Source: Marsupella aquatica (lineage: Eukaryota; Plantae; Marchantiophyta). From it: 64,000 nt of DNA. The DNA lies in contig OZ316893.1 of NCBI GenBank assembly GCA_973895155.1, positions 496,860 to 560,859 of the forward strand, read 5' to 3'. The notes beneath the pieces are model-generated. The model saw nothing but the letters and a program-made list of their open reading frames with translations. It did not search any database and was not told where the DNA came from. The position numbers and the translations under genes were made by a program. Below are positions 1 to 11,460 of this stretch, piece by piece (positions within the stretch are counted from its first letter, which is position 1; every line of letters begins with the position of its first letter).

Positions 1-38
1 AGACGAAGCAACCAACCCCCATTCTGAAAGGGCTGAGC

Positions 39-401
39 ATGGTATTTGTGGAGGCGGGAATTGGAGAGGTTAAGTGCAAAGTGTACAAGTCCACAGTGCT
101 TGACCTAGGTGGGACAGTGGAGGAGAATATAACAGAGGACACCACTCATGTCATTACTAAGTCATATCCCAAAGCCTGCCGCAAGTTTGGGAAGGGAGAC
201 ATTCGCTTTTATGTCATGTCCCATAATGTGTTTGTGGTTTCATATGCTTGGCTTGTGGAATCAGTAGCAGCTGGGAAGCGTCAAAACCCAATGGACTATG
301 ATCTTTTTGAGGCCTGGCCATGGAAGGGTCAGGATCCTTACAGAGAGGACTATGAGACAACAAGTGAGGAATGGGTCATTAGCGATTCTGAATCAGAGTG
401 A
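39..401 (+). CDS. BRCT-domain-containing ORF/terminal exon (5' part probably outside the window)
   Basis: Translation fits the BRCT pattern: LGGTV...THVI...VVSYAWLVESVAAGK...YDL. The frame is open from the window edge. Confidence 0.7.
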   Translation: MVFVEAGIGEVKCKVYKSTVLDLGGTVEENITEDTTHVITKSYPKACRKFGKGDIRFYVMSHNVFVVSYAWLVESVAAGKRQNPMDYDLFEAWPWKGQDPYREDYETTSEEWVISDSESE

Positions 402-834
402 GGAGTAGTAGCATCAGTTTGGACACAAGTTTTTTTGTATAAATCAGATCATTGAAATAAATGTGATCTTTGAACTAATGTACCTTGTTATGGTTGGTGG
501 CAGTTGGGCTTATTTTACTGTTGGCGGATTGTTGTTTCCTGCTGCCTGGGGGTGTCACTGTAAACGTACATGCAGAGGCGGTACATTTGAGGACAGCGGA
601 GGAGGTGGTGACACCCTCCAACATTTAGAAATTTTGTGTCATTCACTTGACAATAGGTACACTACTTGCGAACCTGTTTTTTTCTTTTGGGGTGGTTTAG
701 GGTTTGTGAGAATTTAGTACACGTTATGTTAACTCTTTTGGCAGATACAGTCAGGGATATATGGAACACAAATACCACCATTAGGCATCCTTGTTCACTG
801 CTGTCCATGACTGCAGAGCTCCCAGCCTGTTACA

Positions 835-3800
835 ATGCACCCTGGTCACCACCCTCCCCAGACCCAGCCCAGGGCACAGGCACTGCCTTTGCATCATCCC
901 ACAAGGATATCACGCCATGATAATAAGCTTTGGCAGCGTGAAAGGTTACGAACCAGACTTTCAGGAGCCAGTAGGATGAGATGTCCTTGTGCAATCTGCC
1001 AAGGATCCCGTACCAGGGGTCTGAATGAGGTTTGGCGGCATATCGCGGTTCATGGAAGAGATCCACGACATCGAGTTTGGAATGATCCTGCAGAGGAAGA
1101 TTCTTCCGACGAGGAGTGGAGGTTAGAATTTGATGCTGCCAATGCTGCAAGACGGGCAAGTGAGGTTCTGCCTGGTGCATTTGAAAATGTTGTAGCTGGT
1201 CTCTGTGGGTTGTCAGCTCTCCAACGGGATGGTGCTCAGGCAGCACCACGTGACGAAGGAATTCATGTGGAAGAGATGGTGAGAGACATCTTCCAAGACT
1301 TGGATGCATTTCATGATGGGCTGGACAATGAAGAGGATACGGCTGCAGATGCAAGTGTGCCCCCTGTCGAAGAGCCTCTTGATGAGTTTGAGATAGGGCA
1401 GGAAACCCCTGGGCATGATGGGATGTTTGGCTCTCCCCTGCAAATACAGGAAGGCAGGAAGTCTTTGTACCCCGGTAGCAAATGTTCTAAACTGGGATTT
1501 GTCATCATGTTCCTGAACATTTGCGGCAACCACAATGTCCCCAACGTTTTGGTTTCTGAGTTGTTGGCATTCTTGCGAACAACTGTGCTACCAGATGGTA
1601 ATATTTTGCCCAAGAACATGTACGAGGCAAAAAGATGCATATCTAATCTTGGATTGAACTATGATTCGATCCATGCCTGTCCTGATGGGCATGTTCTTTT
1701 CAGAAAGGAGTATAAAGAATCGTTGACATGCCCTAAGTGTGGGAAGCACAGGTATCGGAACTCAGGAAAGTCTATGGTTCCCGCCAAGGTACTTCGTCAT
1801 TTTCCACTCATTCCCAGACTTCAGCGGATGTTCAGAAGCCGTGCCATCTCGGAGATGATGACTTGGGCAACTGACAAGAAAAGTGATGATGGGCTACAAC
1901 GACATGCTGCAGATTCAAGGCAATGGAAACTCATAGATGAGATGTATCCCGAATTTGCTGCTGAGCCGAGGAATGTCAGACTTGGGCTGTCATTGGATGG
2001 GGTAAACCCATTTGGAGACAAGAACAACAAATTTTCATGCTGGCCTGTAACTATTTTGAATTATAACCTTCCTCCTTGGATGACTACAAAGCGATTTTTT
2101 GTTCTGATGGTCCTACTGATACCAGGGCCAGACAGTGCTGTATCTGCCAACATAGATGTGTTTCTGGCTCCCCTAGTGGAGGAATTGAGAAAGCTTTGGG
2201 AGGAAGGAGTTCTCACATATGATGTCCTACAGAGGCTTGGGAGGTTAAACCCATTCATCCTTAGAGCCATTGTCATTCTGACTATAGCTGACTACCCAGC
2301 CCATGGGATGATATCAGGCCAAACAACAAAAGGATATTGTGCTTGTACTATCTGTGGGCGCAATGTCACCAGTGAGTACTCCAGAGCCCTGCAGAAAGTG
2401 ATATACATGGGCCATCGTCGTTTTCTGAAGACAGATCACCCTTACAGAGAAAGACAGGCACTGATTGCACACTTTGGCAATGAGATTGAGCAACGTGGAC
2501 CCCCGGCACGAGTGACCAAAGAGGAGATCAGGCAGTGGGGAGCACTGAGGGATGACTATATCAAACGAGGGGGCAGGGAAGATGGAGTGAGTGATCCAAT
2601 AAAGCGATATGGTGTAAAAAGACTGAGCATATTGGACTTGGAGCTCAAGTACTGGAGGGTAAGCCTCTTGGAGTTGATGCTAATTGGGATACATGTTTTG
2701 GTTCAGAGCATGTGCATTCATTTCGAAGAGAGAGACTAAACTTGAGGCATTTCCTGACGCTTTTGCATTGCAACGATGCAGGAGTTTGAGCCAAGCAAAC
2801 ATAACATTGATGTTATGCACATTGAAAAGAATATTTGTGAGAGTCTACTCAGATTCTTGTGTGGAGAGAAAGACACTGGTTCAGTGAGATTGGATCTTGA
2901 ACAGAGGGGAATGAAACCCCATCTTTGGTTGAGGCCACATGCCCACAGAGCTGATGTGCTCTTGAAGTACCAAGCGCCCTATGTTCTGACAGACACAGAG
3001 TGGGAACTATTTGTGCAGAGGTTGAGTTCTTTGAAGGTTCCTTCAAACTATGGCAGTGCTTTCAAGAAGCATATCATGACTAGAAAGCTTGGTAGTATGA
3101 AAAGCCATGACTACCATATGTTGATGCAACAGGTGTTGCCTTTATGCCTGAGGGGCCTGTTGCAGAAGCCTGTTCGTACTGTGATCATGCGACTCAGTGA
3201 TGTGTTTCGTCGTATTTGTGTGAAGGTTTGGGATGAAACACACTTCCCACAACTGACAGAAGATGTCGCTCAGGTGCTGTGTGACCTGGAGATTTATTTT
3301 CCTCCCGCATTTTTTGATGTCATGACCCACCTACTTGTCCATGTTGTGGAAGAGCTACACCAATTTGGGCCTGTGAGTGCTCGTTGGTTGTACCCTTTGG
3401 AACGGTACATGAAGCTACTCAAAGGTCACGTGAGAACATATTACAAACCTGAAGCAAGCATGGCTAAAGGTTACATCAAGGATGAGACTCTGGGATTTCT
3501 GACCGAATACATAGCACAATATGAGCATGTGAAGACCAGGGTGTGGAATTCTGATGAGGAGGAAGGGGTGGTAGGTGAAGTACTGGAAGGGGCTGCAACC
3601 ACAAAGAACCTGACCATATCTATGAGAGACTTGGCACATGACTTTGTATTGCACAACACTGTGGTGATGGAACCCTGGATACAGTGAGTGCATACATGTG
3701 CTATAATCCAGTTCATGAGCTTAAATGTTGTGTTCGTGTGGTTTTCTCCTTCAGCCTGTTCATGTTTACCCAAGCTAATGCTGTGTGGTTGTTCGTTCAG

Positions 3801-4566
3801 GGAGTATGAGTCATTGAAGGCGGCCCATCCCACTGCAGGAACAACTTTTCCAGGTTTCATGGAGTGGATCAGAGTGGCAATTAGAGAGCATCACGAGACC
3901 CACCCAGACATGGATGCAGATGTTTACCTACTGTCTAATGCCCCTAGCCTGAAAGTGAAGACTTACAAACGGATGAGAGCATATGGGAATCACTTCCGAG
4001 TGAAGGATGGTGACAGTGCCTACAGGGTGACGAATGACTGCGGGCTCATCACTGTATTTGAGCAACAGAGCCACAATCACGACAGGGCCTGGATGGAGAT
4101 GGGATATGTGGGAGAATTAGTTGACATATGGGCTCTGGACTATGGGGCGGTGTCCAGTCCTGTGATTCTTATGAAAGGTTCATGGGTGCGGCAGGATTGG
4201 CTTGGTAACAGGGCTACCATGAAGAGAGACAACGACGGTTTCTTGCTGGCCAATTTCAGAGGGAAATTGCCCGAATGGTCTGAGCCATTTGTGTTTCCTA
4301 GTCAGGTGGAGCAAGCTTTCTTCCTGGATGTGGAAGACTCCCCAGGTTGGCGTGTAGTGTGTCATAAACAGGCCAGGCAACGCCGGATGGAAGGATCAAA
4401 CCTTGAGTTTCATTTACACTCTCATAGTGCCTTTGATCGTCGGCGTTCAGACCAAGTGCCTGTAGTTCATGATAGCGGGGACTTCATTCCTGTGACAAGG
4501 GTAGATGCATTTGCTGAAGGAGGCGAATTCAGAGATGCAGATGCCAACAGTGTGCCTGTGCCATGA
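835..4566 (+). CDS. CACTA Tnp2/TnpD-like transposase, spliced (exons 835-2658, 2782-3683, 3801-4566; ~1163 aa)
   Basis: Motifs CPCAIC, IHACPDGHVLF, FAAEPRNVRLGLSLDGVNPF, NLPPW, IDVMHIEKN, MKSHDYH, FFDVMTHLLVH, WLYPLERYMK and EPFVFPSQVEQAFF (Transposase_21, DUF4218, DUF4216 types). GT-AG introns at 2659-2781 and 3684-3800 join the three ORFs in frame (YWR|EFEP and WIQ|EYE). Confidence 0.9.
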
Positions 4567-4722
4567 GTAATGTGAATTGTTTGCATAGACATTAGTGAGG
4601 GGAAGGATGTGTAATAAAGTAATTCTGAAGCAACACAGATGTATGGATGGATGCCTGGTGATTGTGGTTGCATTGTGTTATACGGGGTGACCATAGATGA
4701 CATGTTTTTGTGGTCCAGTAGG

Positions 4723-7700
4723 ATGGAACAGAGTGACACAGAGATGTGTGAGTATGAAAGGAAAGCTATGGAACAACGAGCATACGTGAAAGCCAAAATC
4801 GCAGAACTGGATCTGGAAAAGGATGTGGCTGAATTGTAAGGGAACGATTCTCAACTACACCCCTCCGCTGAGTTTGTGTGACATGAATAGTTCAATGTGG
4901 CACTGAAATTGTGACTGTATTCTCATATTGGAATGTCGCAGAGCCACAGCATTTTCAAAGAAACAAAAGGAGTACGCAAGAAGGGTGACCAGCACTATCT
5001 CTGGGCCTGTGCGTCGGAGTGACAGGTTGAGCAAGAAGGTCGTACCTACAATGGCAGAATGTGGAGATGACATTGATGCTGCACAGGTGGGTGCAGACAC
5101 TAGACAAGAAGATGCAGATGATGAGTATTTTCCAGAGGAAATGGATGAGGATGGGGGTTATGAAGATGAATACATTGCAGAGCAGCCCCAAAAGAAACAT
5201 GTAAGTAGTTTTCCCAACAAGGTTTTGAGTTAAAAACTCTTGTTTAGAGGTTTCATATGTTCAGTACTACACATATGTACCTTGCTTAGTTCCTGACATT
5301 GTAGTTGGTGATGTGATGCAGCGTCCTGCCAGTTCTGTTTTGCCTTCGAAGCCTGTGCATGCACCATACCAGCAGGGGGGGCTGACCTCTGATCAAGGTT
5401 GGCGAGGTGGTAGTAGTGGTAGATCCCAGGCTGGTGCCCAATACTATGGCAGGGGGCAAGCTCTAGGTTATGCCCGTGGTAGAGGCAGAGCAGGTCCAAA
5501 CCCACAATCTCGTGGGTATGGACGTCCACCTCAACCGTGGGGATGTGAGTATATATCTATATGCCAGTTCTTTGTGAAGGCATGGCACTCCTGAATTTCA
5601 GACTGCATATCAATTTTTGACATTGTTTGGGATGTATTGGATTCAGACAACATGAAATTCTGTCCACCTGCCATTGCATGCAGATTCTGCCCAACCTGAT
5701 TGGGCAAATGCTAGTAATGATCAGTTCCAATGTCCACAAGGACAGACATGGGTTGAACCAGGTTGGGAGGATGGTGGTGGGTCGTGGAATGAACAAGGTT
5801 GGGAAGGTGGTGAAGGTAATTGGCAGGGATATCAAAATTCAGTACCTACAAACGCTGGAAGAGGAGCAGGTAATGTCTGATCTTGTCAGCAATGGAAGAA
5901 CTCATTATATGTGGAGTCCATTCACGTGGGGGGGACTCTGCACATGTATAATGATAGAAAATGTATGTGTGCAGGTTGGACAGTCGAACCATCGACTCAA
6001 GTATTCACTAATGCCCCTATGCAGATGCAGCACGGAAGGGGGACAGGTATGTCGGTGAATGTTCAGTTGTTTTCCTACAGTTTGTACTTAGTTTTCAGTA
6101 CATATGTTTGCACACACATACCTAGAAAGTGACATCATCCGGCCCCTGTACTAGGCTGGACAGGTGGTCCAGGGTCGCAACAATTTCAGAGTGCAGTCCC
6201 TGCACAGGCATCTACAGGCAGAGCTACAGGTATGTATGTTTGAAGAATTTTTCTTGAAGTGAAGCATTGAATGTTGCCGTCATCCATTCTGCTATATGTA
6301 GTTCTCAAGCATGAATGGCATTGTATTTTCCCAGGTGGCTTCAGAACCCCAGGTAGGGTGAATGAAGGGGTGGCCAATACAACGCCCAGTACTACCGAGA
6401 GCAGTGCACGAGGGGAGGTGACAAAGAAAGGGAACGTAAAGTTGAATGAGAGACAATGGGTGGATGCTGAGTGTCCTCGCAAGAACCGATGGCATGCTGA
6501 TTTGAAAGCTGAAGTATTGCGTTGGTTAGATGTGAGTGTTATTAATTTTAAAAAACAGCATCCAAAAGATTGGAAGACTGTATGTGAAAATGTTGCTGCC
6601 AAATGGAATTATGTGGGCAGTGATGATGGCGTGGACATAGGTTGCCTAGAGAGTACAGCAGGTAAAATTATCAAGCAAGAGAGGTGGAGAATGCATAAGG
6701 CTTGGAAGGAAGGTGGGGAGAAGCCAGATATGCCTCCACCAGCCAGTTGTGATGATAAAGTGTGGGCAAGGTTAGTAGCTTATTTTGTAACAGATGCTTC
6801 AAAAAAGAAGAGTTCACAGATGACCGAGGCCAGGTTGAGTGTTCAGAACCCTAATCTGACAGGAAGGACCGGCACTGCACCGACAGCTAAACGTTTGGTA
6901 AGAATGAATGGCCTAGCTATGTAATTTATGCTACACTATGTACTATTTTTTAGTGTACTGTCCCTACATGTAAACTTTGTTTTTTAGTGTACGTTCCCTG
7001 AATATTGATCGATAACTTGTGTTTGCCATGCATGTGCAGAAAGCCCAATTGGGGCAAAGCCCTTCAAAAGAAGAGTTGAGGGCTGAAATTGTGAACACCC
7101 GGGCTCAAGAGGGTGCATCTGAATCCTCCAAGCATGTAAGTTATATGAGTTCTGATTGGTAATTGAATGACCTGCGTTGAATTTCAGGTGTACACTGTAT
7201 ATAACATTGATTGTGCATATATTGCCCAACATTTCATATGGAGTGATTGAACCTATACCCCTGTGTCATGTAGGGAGGTGGATCTTCACTTACAGAGATA
7301 AGTGGTCGTTTGAAGGCTGTCGAAACATGTCTTCCAGAGATCAATGAACGTTTGAATTCATTGACTGACTTGTTCCATGTGAACTTCAAGACATTAATGG
7401 AAGCTGTTGTGTCGGTGAGAGATAAAATTGATTCCAATTCTGCAGGAGTTCCACCATCACCACTTGAGGTGGCAAAGTCGATGCACTCTTCTGGCATGCC
7501 AACGACATGTAGGCTTGAAGGTAAGGCCTTTACAACTGTGTGGGATATGATTATTAAATGTATAGTTTGAATTGACATTGTTTGTTGAATGTGTTATTTT
7601 CAGTAACATATATTGTGGTTGTTGTGTCCATAGAGAATAAGACAGGTGCTACAGAGAAGAAGTATGAGAACCTGGCAAATACTCGCTGTAATTTAGAGGC

Positions 7701-8430
7701 AACAAAGTTGCAGTCTGTACAAGCAACTTGTTTGACAGAGGGCAGTCAACCATGTTTGGATGAGGATGACATTGGCAAGGGAGTGGATGATATCAATGTT
7801 GGGGCAAATGAGGATATCAGCAAGCATGACAATGATACCATTGAGCCAGATTCATGCTATGTAGATCTTGACTCCATTGCAGAGATAAATGATTTGCAGA
7901 ATGTATCATTCTCAATGACAGGTGTGCCTCTTGTTGAGATAAATCCAACCAAAGAGTTAGTTGGTATGACACTCCCAGGTGATGAACCTGCTACTGTGAC
8001 AGTCCTAACAGAGGAACCTACTGAGCCTAGCTTCACTACTGTGAAGAGAGGAAGCATGCGCACACGAAGCAAGTCTGCTGGTGGGAGCAGAGCCACGTCA
8101 AAGGTTTCATACAAACCTCCAAGAACAGTGCTGGCAGAAAGATCTAAGGTGGAAGTGGGGAAAGCACCTAATGCTGAGGGACAAAGTGGCTTGTTAGCTG
8201 TTGATGAGAGTGGAACACGAGTAGGATTTGCCAGAGTGCAGGTTGGTTCCACAACGTTCCATGGCAAGAGGATTCCCCCAGGTTATTCAGTAGTGTTAGT
8301 CACATTACTAGTGAAACCTAAAGCTGTCCTTCCCATTCCAAACACAAATGATGATCCTCCTCAAAAGACACTTGGAGATGCTGCAGGTTCTTTGGTATTA
8401 TGGCCAAGCAAGTTCATAGAGGATCCATAA
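4723..8430 (+). CDS. CACTA TnpA/Ptta-like second gene, multi-exon (exon limits approximate)
   Basis: Short exons with GT/AG sites; a Ptta/En/Spm-like segment at ~6334-6897 (PPPASCDDKVWARLVAYF...KKSSQMTEAR...TGRTG); a C-terminal Tnp1/En/Spm-like domain FHGKRIPPGYSVVLV...LPIP...TLGDAAGSLVLWP in ORF 7582-8430. Confidence 0.72.
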
Positions 8431-8929
8431 CAATGTCATGCCATTATTTGTTTGTAGTGTGAGTCATGTTATGTAGATTTTAGATGTCAAGAAACAGTAC
8501 AAGAATCATGTCCTCTTGGAGATTCATAGTATCATGCATGTGCTTTCAGTTATCTCATCCTACAGTCATCAATTATGAGTTCCTGTTTTGTCTAAATTAC
8601 ATTGATCACATTGTAAACTATTCCATTGGAATTCAAATGATCTTCATTTTTTAGCAAGATTGTGATTGTGTTTAATTCTTATGAATGTTTTATGTAGGAT
8701 CTGCTTATATGATGCTTTGTTTCATGTGGATGTCATTCATGCTATGTTCATTTCTTGTATTCAATGTGTTATATTTCTAAAGTTAGAACATCAGGTTTCT
8801 ATGTATTGTAATGTCGAGTGCTCTCTCTTCTTATGAACTGTCCCTCTGTGTTCATTAGTCATGGTTATAACTTGCATGTGATCCTTATTAGTTATAAACA
8901 TGAGTATATAGAGTCCCAAATGGTTCTGT

Positions 8930-9285
8930 TGTGTGACGCGGGCCAGGGTCTCCATTGGTCTCTCCTGTGACACTAAATAGTCACACGCTAGTCGTTGTTG
9001 AATGCGGGTAAGTCATGTATGTGATTTACGATGTGACTCGCTGAAGTCATATTGCAGTCACGTCGAAACAAGGCTAGACTCCACAATAAAGTCACAGATC
9101 AGTCACAAATGGGTATCAAGCAAGTTGCAAAGCCCAGTATCAATAGTGACTTCCATTTTTTGGTCTCAACTTTTGCAACTCCAAGGGTCACAGCGTGGGT
9201 CAAGTCACGTTGAGTCACAATGAAGTCACATGAGCCAAAATGAGTCATATATTGCGGTCTCAGTTCACCTCGGATTCTTCTAGTG
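8930..9285 (+). repeat. CACTA subterminal repeats and right TIR
   Basis: Many AGTCAC/GTGAC motifs in both orientations, ending in TAGTG at 9281-9285. Confidence 0.75.
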
Positions 9286-10725
9286 ATTGCATGGTCAGTA
9301 CAAGAGCATGAAACAAGGGCAACTAACAGAAAACCTCGTTGGCCCAGTGGGATGAAGCTTCTGGTCGATCAGCCTGCTCTTTCCAAAGACAAAGAAAGAA
9401 CACCAGAAGCAATAGGCCAACCATCCCTTGATCATTCCTTGCCATCTTCTGGTTTTCTCTGACGGCATGTCATGGAAAACTCTACAGGGTTACCCTTTAT
9501 CCAGGTTACTTATCTACGCCACTACATTTGAGGTCCCTATTTCCCAGCTACATTTATTCCCCAAGCACAACCAGCCCTCTGCAGAGAGGGAGGGGATCAC
9601 AAAAGTACGTAGTTGTGAAAACGGTTTAAACCTGCGTGAGGAACTATCGAAGCTATGCATAGACTGCAGCAAGCACTTCCTTACACATGATGCACGACTC
9701 TCGTGGGGGAAGGACGCTATGAAATTGTAGGCTGGGAACAGGACTGTGGTCGTACTAGCGGTTTGAACAACAAACAGACATCATTGGCAAGGATGCAACG
9801 CAAGGCCACCTGTAAAGTTTATTTTCTTCCGGTTATTTTCTTTTTATGGCGGGTGAGTGTTTCTTCAATTGTTTCTGATTTCTCACAAGATCTCTTAATA
9901 TACGTTTAGGTAGTGCTACAGCTCTGGCATACTGCAATCCGTATGAGACACAGCTAAAAATAACGAGGCAATGTATATGCAGCAATCGCAGACATTCATT
10001 TGATTGACGATCTCCCAGCTTGCCGTTCTCAAATCATTCTTTGACTACTTGCAAAGGATGACAACCCGCCTCTTCTACATTGTTGCACGTCCTTGTGAGT
10101 AAATACAAATAGAATAGCCACCCTTGGAAGCGAAACCCTGTTTGTAACGGTCAACACAATAGGTGAGGTACAATGTATTGGACTATCATATTTTTATCCT
10201 CCATAGGTTTTCACATTTCGACCCAGCAGTGCCTTGAATTCTTCGTGTGAGTTTGGAATTCAACCATCAGACTTAAAAAATACACATGCCTAACAGTCTT
10301 ACTTAAGAAAGGGTTGTGTTGAGCCAAGGATTCCAGCGCTAATGGTTAAATGTTCTGTTTTCATCGGTGATGCCTAGAATCCGCCACTGAATCAAGTATA
10401 GACATATGATCACAGCAGCAGTTGTCAGTCTTACAACCGCTAGAGCAACTGTACAAGAATATATTACAAAAAAGAGGCTATCTTTGTCAGAGCTACTTAT
10501 CGACGCATCATTGATATCACGGAGAGGAAGGGCGGGGCTGTGACTGCGATTACCTTGACCTTTGAGCTGCACCAAAGTCGGACAGATGCCGACCTTAAGG
10601 CATGTTGCTCCATCAAGTACATGAGAGGTCCAAGCACAGGTCAGCGGTGGTGCTTCGAAGAAATGTGTGGCTTTCAAAGTCATCACCAGTGTCCAAAGCC
10701 CAAGTCATAATCTGAGACACCCCCA

Positions 10726-11460
10726 TTATCTCCAAAAAGCAAGGCGGGCTAGCTTGGCAGACAAAGATGTTTGAAGAGTGGGCGGGGAACCATTCTCAGG
10801 CAGGTCATCTAGGTTTTCTCTCCAAAATTTCAAGACATGCAAGCTCTCCTCCTCTGTTGACCTCTGAATAACTATACGTGAAGCGAACCCTTTCTTCTTC
10901 ATGATCTGGCAGATCTCACCAGGATTGTTGGCGGTGAGAGTAAGGAGGTAAAACAAACCTTTACTTGACAAAAGCTCGTCAACAATAGCCAACATGCGAT
11001 TTATCACAGTTCGTCCGCAGTGTCCACCTGCCCATGATGATATTATACCTGCCATACCCACCTCATCTTCCGAGGTTGGAACATAAGGTGGGTTGAAAAC
11101 TAGCACATCTATAGTCCCACTAACTCTCTTCTCCAACCCTGCCACCAAATTTGTTACCACGACATCTGCCTCCACTCCATGTGCAGCCAGAGTTTGGCAA
11201 GTCACATGTGCAGCTGCCTCGTTTATGTCCGTGGCTAGAAAGTGAGCATTGCACTCTGACCCCATCAACAGGGCTAACGATGTGATTACATATCCGCTGC
11301 CACAGCCGACCTCCAAACACAAATTTGGTTGCCGCTCCACGAGGTTCACCTTGTCAGCCAAGAGGGCATCCACTAAAGCAAATGAATCGTCACACGGCTC
11401 GTAGACATCCGGGTGGCGAGCAGTCTAACCGATGGTGGCGATTCTCCGCCTTGGTGAATC
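10726..11460 (-). pseudogene. N6AMT1: HemK2/N6AMT1 (Mtq2-like) eRF1 glutamine methyltransferase with one in-frame TAG at 11425-11427
   Basis: HPDVYEPCDDSFALVDALLAD N-terminal motif, SAM-binding LEVGCGSG, catalytic FNPPYVPT and SWAGG..GR. Upstream of the annotated ORF the frame reads RIATIG*TARHPDVYEP, preceded by a candidate acceptor CTAGCAG at ~11461. The family call is strong; pseudogene status is uncertain. Confidence 0.8.

Larger units (their letters stand above)
1..9285 (+). mobile_element. CACTA (En/Spm) DNA transposon, right portion; left TIR outside the window
   Basis: Tnp2-type transposase followed by a TnpA-like gene, GTCAC/GTGAC-rich subterminal repeats at ~8930-9250, and a terminus ...CGGATTCTTCTAGTG (reverse complement CACTAGAAGAATCCG) at 9271-9285. 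Confidence 0.88.

Noticed and set aside
660-670. CACTAC as the left TIR of the CACTA element
   Set aside because: It matches the right end only in the first 5 nt, has no subterminal repeats and is too close to the transposase.
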